Source: Mobula hypostoma (Eukaryota). From it: DNA of 64,000 nt. The position numbers were made by a program, and so were the translations under genes. Positions within the stretch are counted from its first letter, which is position 1, and each line of letters begins with the position of its first letter. This document shows, in pieces, positions 26,245 to 36,967 of the stretch. The stretch lies in the NCBI RefSeq assembly GCF_963921235.1, contig NC_086108.1:43588001-43652000 (forward strand), written 5' to 3'. The notes beneath the pieces are model-generated. The model was given only the letters and a program-made list of their open reading frames with translations. It was not told the DNA's origin and made no database searches.

Positions 26245-29200
26245 GTTTCTAATTTCGTTTTACTATGCCTTAATATTTTCTAATTATCTGCATTTTTTTC
26301 TTATTTTGTTCAATGCCCATTAAAGTTTCTGCTGTTTGAAGAAGTATGTAAATAGTATTAAAGTTGTAAGTCTTTAACATTGTACTTGCAATGTTTTCGT
26401 AAAAATTGTAAACTTTCTAGCATTAAACGCGCAAACGTTTAAAATATGTTACTGCAGTTATTCGAGTAAGGTTATCAATTCTCCTCCTCTGCATCCAGGA
26501 TATGCCTTGGATTTGGAGCTAACCCCACAAAGTGTGTGGTCCCGGATTGGGGAGAAGGCAGTACTGAGCTGCCGCGCTAAGGACTGTCCGTCCCCTACAA
26601 TCAAATGGACTGTCGGATTCGATCGTCCCATAGGAGAAGTCAGCAATCAAGGCTCGGTGTCCACTCTCACCATCGACCCGGTCACCGTGCAGAACGAACA
26701 GCTGTACAGATGTACCGCAAAATGCGAGGGAAAAACAAAGTGGAAGGATGTCACTCTGAATGTTTATTGTGAGTATCAATTCGTCACCGAGAGGTAAACT
26801 TGTTGCATTAAATAAAAACAGAAACACTCAGCTGGTCAGACGGCTTCTGTGATGAAAGAGACTGAGTTAGCATTTCGTGACTGGAAGGTCATTAACCCGA
26901 GGATAACTCTGCTTCTCTCTCCACGGATACTGTCTGACTTCAGTATTCTAGTTTTATTTAGGATTTCCAACAACTGCGTTTTGTTTCGTTTTCGTTAAGA
27001 GTTTCGCACTATTTTTGAGTGCAAAGGTGAATGACGCGGATTATCAGAGGTACTCCGAGTCGTTCGCAATCGGGGATCGGGGATTGGGAATTGAGGTCTG
27101 CGCCACCGGGCTCATTCTCTTCTCAAACCTGTCTGATTGTGTGTCGCTGCAGCTCTGCCGGAGGCGGTCACCCTGGAGACGGTAGGGAGTTTGCAAGTCG
27201 GCAGGAAAGGCGCCGTGAAATGTGTCGTCCCCGATGTCTACCCCGTTGATTTGACAGTAGAGTGGGTGAATGAAACGGGAGTAATGAATACTCAAAGAGT
27301 CAACGAATACACCAGGGAAAAAAAGAAGGTGACCGTCACCTATGAATTGACCCCAGAATTGCGGCATTCCGGACAAAATCTTGTATGCCGAATCCGTTTG
27401 CGAAATGAGAAGCTTCAGGTCGAGGGAACGCTCACTCTGGATATTCATTGTAAGTGTCCAGACAGAGATTTCACTTTAAGCTTTTATACATTCAAAACCG
27501 CCTGTCTTTAACTCTCTAAATGATTCGATCTTCTTCTGCAGATCCTCCCAGAAAGATAAACATTTCCGCAGAGCCCTCTCTCACCGTGAGGAGAGGTCAG
27601 AATGCCTCGCTAACCTGTACCGCCGACGGCAATCCTCCTGTCCGCATCGTGTGGAGCAGGTCATCAGCTGACGGCTGGTCAGTGATAGCCGAGAATCAAA
27701 CTGCATACCAGTTTTTACCGACCCGCATCGAGAATTCAGGAACTTACCGCTGTGAAGCCAAAAATGAGCTGGGGAAAATAGCTACGGAGGTGGAATTTTG
27801 CGTTCAGGGTGCGTGGATCTTACTGATATAATGTTTCAATTTGAATGGATTAATGAATATTAAAATCAGAATCATAAAGCAGAAACAGGGCCTATGTCCC
27901 AACTCATGTATACTGTCCAAGGTGTATATCCAAGCTAGTCCCAGCTGCCTGCATTTGCCTCATATCTTTCTAAACACTGTACCTATTTAAATATCTTTTA
28001 CGCATTGTAATTGTACCCACCTCTGCCACTTCCTCTGGCAGCTGGTTCCATACCCCACCACCTTTTGTGTGGGATAAAGTGGCACCTTTGGTTTCCCTTT
28101 TAAATCTCCGCTCTCTCACCATAATCTTCCAGTCTTGAATGCAGCACCAACACAGAGCCCGTGTACAAGAAGGGCCAGAGTCGCCTCTACTTTCTGAGGA
28201 GACTGAGGTCCTTTGGAGTATGCAGGTCTCTCCTTCACATGTCCTGCCAGCCTGTTGTCGCCAGTACAATCTTCTATGCGGTGGTGTGCTGGGGCAATGG
28301 CATCAACACGGGTGATGCCAACAGGCTCAATAATCTGTTTAGAAAGGCTGGCTCTGTTATAGGAGTCAAACTGAACACATTAGAGACTGTGATATAACAA
28401 AGGACCCTATGGAAAATCTTGGCAATTCTGGACAATGTTTCTCACCCTCTGTATGCCACCTTGGCTGAAGAGAGGAGCTCCTTTAGTATTACAGTAAGAC
28501 AATTGCACTGCTCGGAAGAGCGCTATAAAGGGTAGCTCTTACCTTCGGCCATTACGCTCTATAATGGGTCAACCTATAGCTGAAAAGTGATGATCCCCTC
28601 CGTTAGCCTTTTTGAGATAACTTATTTTTTATTTTTTCTTCTCTTCTAATATTTCTATACTTGGATATCTCTGCACTTGTAGTGTTACTGTAATTCTGTA
28701 ATTTCCTAGGATCAATAAATATATAAAAGACTGCCGTAGAATACGGCTATCCACCCTATCTATGCCCCGACCCTCGTGATTACATTCACCTCAGGCTACT
28801 ACACTCCAGGGAAAAACGTCCCTGGAACACAGGACTTTTTAAAAAATAGTTATTAATTTCACCCTGTTTCTTTCGTCAGGCCGCCCCAGCGACACCAGAC
28901 TCTCTGTCACACCTTCTGCGGTGAGGGAGGGAGACAATGTCACAATCAGCTGCACAACCCACTCAAACCCACCTGCCCATCTTGTGCTGACGAGAAATTC
29001 GACAAGTGGATGGATGGAGCTGAAGTCGGAGAATGGAATATTCTCTATTAGTGCTGTTCAGCCGGATGATGGAGGATGGTATCAATGTGAGGCCAGCAAT
29101 GATCTGGGAAGGCAGATTATTCACACAGAACTCAATGTGCAATGTATGTATGAACATTAATCAGCTGCTTACAGAATGTCAATGTGGAAAATTCATTCAA

Positions 29201-32200
29201 ATTGTTATGGGAAGGAAAAGAATGATCTTAATTTATCAAAGAGCCACACATGGTAGTCTAGCATTTAGCACAACATTTACAACAGTCAGTTATAAGATTA
29301 GGGCATGATTCCCACTGCTGTCTGCAAGGAGTTTGTACATTCTCCCCGAGACCACGTGGGTTTCCTCCACGTTCTCCAGTTTCCTCCCACATTCCAAAGA
29401 CATACAAGTTAGGTTAGTGAGTTGTGGGCATGCTATGTTGGCGCCAGAATTGTGGTGACGTTTACGGGCTGCCCAGCGCAATCTTTGCTGATTTGATTGG
29501 ACACAGTACGACACATTGCACTGTATGTTTCAATGCATGTGTGACAAATAATAAAGCTAATCTCATTTTAAAATTCTTACCATTCAAGCCTTTGTAAAGT
29601 ACTATCACACCAACCAAGTACCTTAGACAAATAATCATTCTAGTAACGAATTGTGTGATAATAAGCTGGCAGTCAGGTTACTCTAATGTTGTTTGAGGGG
29701 TAAGTATTGGGTGGGAGTCTGGAACATACAGGGGAGAGCTGTAATGCTTTATACTCAATATGGTATTATAGTAGCTTTTATGTAAACTGGAGTGGATCTT
29801 AATTTAAATATTTTAAACAACCCACTTTTAACTGTCTAAATGATACTACTGTATCTTCTTATTCTGCAGATCTTCGTAAAACACTAAGCATTTCCGCAAA
29901 ACCCTCACTCACTGTGAGGGAAGGTCAGAATGCCTCGCTAACCTGTAGTGCCAACAGCAGTTCTCCTGTCACCATCGTGTGGAGCAAGTTATCAGCCGAG
30001 GGCTGGTCAGTGATAGCCGAGGATCAAGCTGCCCTTCAGCTTTCACAGGCCCGGATCGAAAATTCAGGAATCTACCGCTGTGAAGCCAAAAATGAGCTGG
30101 GGAAAATAGCTACGGAGGAGGAATTTCACGTTGAGGGTGCGTGGATCTTACTGATATACTGTTTCATTTTGAATGGATTAATTAATGAATATTAAAGTCA
30201 GAACCATAAAGCAGAAACAGGGCCTTTGTCCCAATTCATGTATACTGTCCAAGGTGTGTATCCAAGCTAGTCCCAGCTGTTGGCATTTGCCTCACATCTC
30301 TCTAAACACTGTACCTACTTAAATGACATTTACGCATTGTAATGCTACCCGCCTCTGCCACTTCCTCTGGCAGCTGGTTCCATAACCAACCATCTTTTCT
30401 GTGGGATAAAGTTGCACCTTGGGTTTCCCTTTTAAATCTCTGCTCTCGCACCATAAACTTCTAATTTTAGACTGCCGTACCTTGGAAAGAAGAATGCAGC
30501 CATCCATCTTATCCACGCCCCTCATGATTACATACACCTCAGACCCCTACACTCCAGGGAAAAACATCCCTGGAACACATTTATTAATTTCAGTCCGTTT
30601 CTTTTGTCAGGCTGCCCCAGCGACACCAGACTCTCTGTCACACCTTCTGCGGTGAGGGAGGGAGACAATGTCACAATCAGCTGCACAACCCACTCAAACC
30701 CACCTGCCCATCTTGTGCTGAGGAGAAATTCAACAAGTGGATGGATGGAGCTGAAGTCGGAGAATGGAATATTCTCTATTAGTGCTGTTCAGCTGGATGA
30801 TGGAGGATGGTATCAATGTGAGGCCAGCAATGATCTGGGAAGGCAGATTATTCACACAGAACTCAATATCCAAGGTATGCATGAAAATTAATGTGCAGCT
30901 TCCAGAAAATTAATGTGAAAAAGTATCATGCAAAGTATTCTAGGAAGGAAAGAATGATTTTAAGATATAAAAGGGTCATGCATGGTAGTGTAACAGCACA
31001 TAACTTAAAAGCATTCAGGAGAGAATTGTACTGCTGTAAACTGAGTACATGTTATTACAGTATCTTTTATGTTAACTGGAATGGACCTTAATTTACCAAG
31101 ATGCAACTTCAACTGTAACATTCCCTCTAAGAAGAAATTGATTGCCTTTCTAGACCTTTAAATCTATGTCCTTGGACTGAGACATAAACCCAGAATTAGG
31201 TCATGATGAATATAGAAACTTAGAAACATAGAAAATATTCAGCACAATACAGGCCCTTCGGCCCACAAAGCTGTGCCGAACATGTCCCTACCTTAGAACT
31301 ACCTAAGCTTTACCCATAGCCCTCTATTTTCTAAACTCCATGCAGCCATCCAGGAGTCTCTTAAAAGACCCTATCGTTTCCACCTCCACCACCTCCGCCG
31401 GCAGCCCATTCCACGCACTCACCACTCTCTGCATAAAAAAGACTTACTCCTGACATCTCATCTGTACCTACTTCCAAGCACCTTAAAACTGTGCCCTCTC
31501 GTGCTAGCCATTTCAGCCCTGTGGAAAAGCCTCTGACTATCCACATGATCAATGCCTCTCATTATCTTGTACACCTCTATCAGGTCACCTCTCATCCTCC
31601 ATCGCTCCAAGGAGAAAAGGCCGAGTTTACTCAACCTATTCTCATAAGGCATGCTCCCCAATCCAGGCAACATCCTTGTAAATCTCCTCTGCACCCTTTC
31701 TATGGCTTCCGCGTCCTTCCTGTAGTGAGACGACCAGAATTGAGCACAGTACTTCAAGTGAGGTCTGACCAGGGTCCTATATAGCTGCAACATTACCTCT
31801 CAGCTCCTAAACCCAATCTCACAAATTGATGAAGGCCAATTCACCGTATGCCTTCTTAACCATAGAGTCAACCTGTATAGCAGCTTTGAGTGTCCTATGG
31901 ACTTGGACCCCAAGATCCCTCTGATCCTCCACACTGCCAAGTCTTACCATTAATACTATGTTCTGCCATCATATTTGACCTACCAATATGAACCACTTCA
32001 CACTTATCTGGGTTGAACTCCATCTGCCACTTCTCAGCTCAGTTTTGCATCCTATCAATGTCCTGTTGTAACCTCTCACAGCCCTCCACATTACCCACAA
32101 CACCCTCAACCTTTGTGTCATCAGCAAATTTACTAAGCCATCCCTCCACTTCCTCATCCAGGTCATTAAGAGGAGGAGTCCCAGAACAGATCCCTCAGGA

Positions 32201-33744
32201 ACACCACTGGTCACCAGCCTCCATGCAGAATATGACCCATCTACAACCACTCTTTGCCTTCTGTAGGCAAGCCAGTTCTGGATCCACAAAGCAATGTCCC
32301 CTTGGATCCCATGCCTCCTTACTTTCTCAGTAAGGGGTACCTTATCAAATGCCTTGCTAAAATCCATATATACTACATCTACGGCTCTACCTTCATCAAT
32401 GTGTTTAGTCACATCCTTAAAAAATTCAATCAGGCTTGTAAGGCACGAGCTACCTTTGACAAAGCCATGCTGACTATTCTTAATCATTTTATGCCTCTCC
32501 AAATATTCATAAATCCTGCCTCTCAGGATCTTCTCCATCAACTTACCAACCACAGAAGTAAGACTCACTGGCCTATGATTTCCTGGGCTATCCCTACTCC
32601 CTTTCTTGAATAAGGGAACAACATCCGCAACCCTCCAATCCTCCGGAACCTGTCCCATCCTCACTGATGATGCAAGGATCATTGCCAGAGGCTCAGCAAT
32701 CTCCTCCCTCGCTTCCCACAGTAGCCTGGGGTACATCCCTTCCGGTCCCAGTGACTTATCCAACTTGATGCCTTCCAAAAGCTCCAGCACATCCTGTTTC
32801 TTAATATCTACATGCTCAAGCTTTTCAGTCCACTGCAAGTCATCCCTACAATCGCCAAGATACTTTTCTGGAGTGAATACTGAAGCAAAGTATTCATTAA
32901 GTATCTCCACTATTTCCTCTGGTTCCATACATTCTTTTCCACGATCACACTTGATTGCTCCTATTCTCTCGTATCTTATCCTCTTGCTCTTCACATACTG
33001 GTAGAATGCCTTGGGGTTTTCCTTAATCCTGTCCACCAATGTCTTCTCATGGTCCCTTCTGGCTCTCCTAATTTCATTCTTAAGCTCCTTCCTGCTACCC
33101 TTATAATCTTCTAGATTCCTATCATTACTTAGTTTTTTGAACCTTTCATAAGCTCATAATCTATAAATATTACAGATTGTGATCTATAATGATAACAATT
33201 ATTGCTAAAATATATCTTCTCCAGCATCATTTCTGAATGTTTGGGCTCAGCCTTCCAAATAGGCCAATGAAAGAGAAGTCACCATTGGTTGCACTGTTCA
33301 TAACATTTCCTTCAACAGCTTCACCTGGAAGAAAGTAGAAAACAACAGCAAAGCTATTCTGCCCTTCATGCCCTTTACAATCCATAAAATAATCCCCAGT
33401 GATGCTGGCTTTTATGAGGTTGAAATAATCAGTAAATCTGGGTATCAAACAGGATTTGTGGAAATAAATGTTACTGGTCAGCTTAAGCAAAGACTGGGAC
33501 TATTGTGTTAAATGAGCATTGGTCCTCGGAAACTACATTTTACTGACTTTTTTTAAACACGGCCTCCTGTTTCTTTGCAGAACGAGATGTGGTAGTCGAA
33601 GCTAAGAGTCCCGTAGGAGTCATAGCACCAGCTTTCATAGGGGCAGCAGTGGGATCAGTTGGACTGGTGTTCTCTGGTCTATATTACGTCTATCGCAGAA
33701 TCAATTTAAAGAATTCATATCAAATGTCAAATGACATATTGTGA
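26187..33744 (+). CDS. VCAM1: VCAM1-like cell adhesion molecule, whole gene span (8 coding exons, 616 aa: signal peptide, 6 Ig domains, TM, short tail)
   Basis: Exons 26187-26244, 26499-26768, 27153-27449, 27542-27808, 28880-29143, 29870-30136, 30611-30874 and 33581-33744 join through GT-AG phase-1 introns into one open frame of 1851 nt. D1, D2, D7 and the tail resemble mammalian VCAM1 as recalled. Confidence 0.88.
26499..26768 (+). CDS. VCAM1: VCAM1-like exon 2, Ig D1 (integrin-binding type, four cysteines)
   Basis: LSCRAKDCPSPTIKWTVGFDRP...STLTIDPV...YRCTAKC shows the CxxxxC/CxxxC pattern of VCAM/ICAM/MAdCAM D1. Acceptor catccag, donor gtgagt. Confidence 0.93.
27153..27449 (+). CDS. VCAM1: VCAM1-like exon 3, Ig D2
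   Basis: SLPEAVTLETVGSLQVGRKGAVKCVVPDVYPVD resembles VCAM1 D2 (VKCSVADVYP). Acceptor tgcag, donor gtaagt. Confidence 0.92.
27542..27808 (+). CDS. VCAM1: VCAM1-like exon 4, Ig domain of D3/D6 type (copy A)
   Basis: LTCTADGNPPVRIVWSR...ENSGTYRCEAKNELG. Acceptor ttctgcag, donor gtgcgt. Confidence 0.92.
28137..28727 (+). mobile_element. Rex/Babar-like LINE 3' fragment in intron 4
   Basis: KKGQSRLYFLRRLRSFGV...FYAVVCWG, ends ggatcaataaa. Absent from the paralogous intron 6. Confidence 0.8.
28880..29143 (+). CDS. VCAM1: VCAM1-like exon 5, Ig domain of D7 type (copy A)
   Basis: VREGDNVTISC...LVLTRNSTSGWMELKSENGIFSI...DGGWYQCEASN resembles VCAM1 D7. Acceptor tcgtcag, donor gtatgt. Confidence 0.92.
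29270..29565 (+). mobile_element. V-SINE (HE1-like) in intron 5
   Basis: Core gtttgtacattctcccc...gtgggtttcctcc...tttcctcccacattccaaaga. Confidence 0.65.
29870..30136 (+). CDS. VCAM1: VCAM1-like exon 6, Ig domain of D3/D6 type (copy B)
   Basis: Same length as exon 4 (267 nt) and colinear with it. Open frame, intact splice sites. Confidence 0.9.
30611..30874 (+). CDS. VCAM1: VCAM1-like exon 7, Ig domain of D7 type (copy B)
   Basis: 264 nt, 7 differences from exon 5 by hand count. Acceptor ttgtcag, donor gtatgc. Confidence 0.9.
31215..33160 (-). mobile_element. 5'-truncated CR1 in intron 7
   Basis: RT ORF 31969-33039, C-terminal ORF 31458-31793 and a (tttcta..)n tail. Confidence 0.88.
33225..33476 (+). 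pseudogene. Degenerate seventh Ig exon (pseudo-exon or poison exon) of the VCAM1-like gene
   Basis: 252-nt phase1-1 segment between cttctccag and gtcagc reading SFLNVWAQPSK*ANEREVTIGCTVHN...FTWKK...FTIHKIIPSDAGFYEVEI...VEINVT. TAG at 33260-33262. Confidence 0.75.
33581..33744 (+). CDS. VCAM1: VCAM1-like exon 8, transmembrane helix and cytoplasmic tail
   Basis: Acceptor ttctttgcag, then ...VGVIAPAFIGAAVGSVGLVFSGLYYVYRRINLKNSYQMSNDIL*. The tail resembles VCAM1 RKANMKGSY. Confidence 0.9.
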
Positions 33745-33745
33745 C

Positions 33746-33756
33746 ATTAAAATAAA
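33746..33756 (+). terminator. Candidate proximal polyadenylation signal (ATTAAA overlapping AATAAA)
   Basis: Lies immediately after the stop codon. Usage unknown. Confidence 0.4.
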
Positions 33757-36011
33757 AGACTGAAAGAAGAGAACTTCCACTTCTAGCACAATCTAATCTC
33801 TGTTGCTGTGCTGTCAGGGCCAGTATGTTTGGACACCAGAAGGTGATATTTGTGGCATCATAAACATTTCTTAAAGGCATCACCAACAGCTGGTATCCAA
33901 GGAAGAGAAAGAAGAGCATATTTGAACTTTAGGCACTTTATTGTAAATAATCCTCAGAATTTACTGACTGTCTTGAAGGGAGTATTAGCTGGGGTATTCA
34001 TGTTGGAGGAAACGTAGCAGAAACATCTGCTCTAATGAAATTGTCTTTGGTATTGCTCACCCATGGCTCCCAGGCATATTTCAAACTGTTACCACTCACC
34101 TGTGAAACAAGCCTAGTTTTCAGATGCAACACACAAAATGTTGGAGGCACTCAGCCAGCCAAACATCATCTATGGAGGGAAATGAAGAGTCGCTGTTTCG
34201 GGCTGAGATCCTTCACTGGGACTTTTTTTTTCCTTCCATGGATGCTAGCTCACCAGCTGAGTTCCTCCAGCATTTTGTGTGTTGCATAAGATTTCCACCT
34301 TCTGCCTTGGGTGACTTGGGAGCAAAACACTTTACACTGACTATTCTACAGTTTAAGTTATTTGAACTCATGAAGAGTTTGTGATTATCTGTATTTTTTT
34401 AAAACTGCTACTGCTTCCCCTCAATACCTGTGAACTTCTGCTATTATTCCTAACACATTGAACCAGGGACACTGTCTGTTATGGACGAGATCTGGGAACT
34501 GTGTACTGGGTTAGGTACAGGGTGCGAGGCACCATTGGCTGCTTGCCAGAGTTTTCTGAAGCCGGAACTGGAGGTGTTAACTCCAGTTGGCTTAGTTTAA
34601 AATGTACTTTTAAACTAAGCCAACAAGTGAGATGCAGACCGAGTCCTGATGCAGGATTTTGACCAGAAATGTTGACAATTCCGTTCCCCCCACCACATAG
34701 ATGCTGCTTGGCTCATTGAGTTCGTCCAGCAGTCTTGTGTCTCCAAATCAAACTCAATTTACGTTGCACTCAACACAGGTTGATTCGATCATTTTTTCGC
34801 AAGATGTTAAAGCAGGCAATAATGTAAACTAAGCAACCTAATAAAAATAAAATCCAAACTGTTTTGAATTAATACATAATTCAAATTAAGTAACTTTTTT
34901 CCACAATTAGAATGCGTTATGTTCACCTTCATTGCTGTCAAAATTTGAAAATGTTTCAAGGAGGAAGCCAGGGTTTTCATTGATGGTTCCAATGAGTTGA
35001 AACAAAATGTCCGTGTTAAGTCTTCCCTGATGTGGTTTGTTTATCTCCAGTTACTAGATCTCACTATGTGTAAGTTCTCCACTGTTGTTGAAGCAATTAT
35101 GTTGCAAGTTGAGGGAGTTTGTACTGTAATGCATTGGTGAATAATAAAACCGCCTTCAACTACAACTATGCCGGGAATGCAGTTATCTATCAGTCTCCAG
35201 GGGAAGACTCTTAAGCAAGGGCAGAATTGTAAAAAGACACTTAACGGTGATTGAATCCGCGGTGGACAGATATTGATTCTGCGAGCTCCCGCAGGACTAT
35301 ATGTCAGCAAAGGAGAAAAGCCTTAAACAGGTCAATGTCGGCAACGGAGAAGAGAAGCCTTGAAACTAGGTCAGTCTGTTCTGTAAGTTCAGCTAGGTTA
35401 TTGAGAGAGGCTAGCGGATCAGCGGCAAGTGTGGCGGTGCTAGAAGCCCTGGTTAGGGCCGAAGCATCGCTAGCTAAGGTGTGGTTTGCACTAAGAGAAC
35501 TTGACATTGAAGTGAGACAGGCTGGAAGCCACATTAGAGACACTGCAACATAAAATGGAGGCGGAGGCGGCTTTAGCCGAAGCCAGTCTTTGTGGTGGGC
35601 ATAGAGCGTCTAGCTGACAATGATGATGTTAGGTCAAACTCACCTTGTCATTCCGCTGAGAGGAATACCAGGTATGTTCAAGACCAGTCGGCTTATGCTC
35701 ATACCCACCCACCAGCAAACACTGAAGACTTAGGCCAGCCAATCAGGACTGAAAGGGATTGTTCCCCTTTCACAGGATAACACCCTGCAACTCGACACCT
35801 TTTATGCAAACGGAACAGAACGAAGACCGCATCCCTCACATGCTTGTACTTGTATGAGACAGGCAGATATCTCAAAACACTTAATGACTGGCCACTCACT
35901 TGCCCACTAAGATGATGGAGAGATGTCATGTAGTAAGAGAAGACTCCAACACTCCTACATACCATGGTACAACACAAACACGAGGAAATCTGCAGATGCT
36001 GAAATTTCAAG

Positions 36012-36865
36012 TGTTACATAACCGGCAACAATGAATATTAATCGAGACAAGTTTTTTTAAAAAACTACTAAACATTTATTAAACACGTAGAAACGGTAAG
36101 AAAAAAAAAACAAAGGAACTTTAACAGAGGTTAATAGGTACGCAGCCGTTCACCAACTCGCCACTCGGCTCTGGTTCTTAAAGCGATACAGTCAGATATA
36201 GTTCTTAAAGCTATAACTTCGAAAGTCCGATAGTTTTACACATTCAATTGGGAGAGACTTCTCTGGAGAAGGATTTCTTCACAGACGCACCTTTACTGCT
36301 GGTTCTGTCCATAGGATTCCCGATGCCAAAAATAAACAGTTTAAATCAACTGACAAATTCCTTTAGAGAGAGAGCACCTTTTTGCATGAACTCATTGCCC
36401 TTTTGCAAGTTATCTCAATGCAGGTTCTCTCCAATGAAGACTCAATAAGGTCAATTCTTTATTAAACTGCCAAACGATGCCAACTTCTCTCCATCCTTCA
36501 CTTCGATGAATTCTTCACTCTCCCTTCAAAACTGTCGGAATTGAGTAAATTGGCACTTCCAGCCACAAATTCCCAGTCTAATAATACAAATCTTGTAAGA
36601 GAATGCACCTTCCATTTTAAAAATGAAACTGTTTCACAAAAACAAACACGCAACAGAAACGGAGATACAGCACGTTCTACCTGGAAATTTACAAACTCAA
36701 AAACTAACTGCGTCACCTGGGTTAACCCTTATATAGTCACGGGGGTGGGGGGTGGCACATGTCAACACGTGACCTCACATCGGCGGGAAAATCACATCAG
36801 GTGACCTCCAAAAGACCATTACATCATTCTCACAAGAAAAAACAGATCTCCTTGAGCATGTAAAA
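36012..36865 (-). mobile_element. Solo LTR (854 bp)
   Basis: Ends TGTTACAT...ATGTAAAA (one mismatch from a perfect inverted repeat), 4-bp TSD CAAG, TATA-like and AATAAA motifs on the minus strand. Confidence 0.75.
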
Positions 36866-36931
36866 CAAGCAACACACATAAAAGTTGCTGGTGAACGCAG
36901 CAGGCCAGGCAGCATCTCTAGGAAGAGGTAC

Positions 36932-36967
36932 AGTCGACGTTTTGGGCCGAGACCCTTCGTCAGGACT
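36932..36967 (-). ncRNA. Minimal type I hammerhead ribozyme motif, one core mutation (GAAA to AAAA)
   Basis: Minus strand AGTC-CTGACGA-AGGGTCTCGGCCC-AAAAC-GTC-GACT. Confidence 0.6.

Noticed and set aside
29870..30874. Second VCAM paralogue or assembly duplication
   Set aside because: It has no promoter, leader or D1 of its own, it splices in phase into one ORF, and it carries unit-specific substitutions and insertions.
33250..33263. Alternative acceptors bypassing the TAG in the seventh Ig exon
   Set aside because: Splicing after the AG at 33250 or 33262 shifts the frame and reaches TGA within a few codons.
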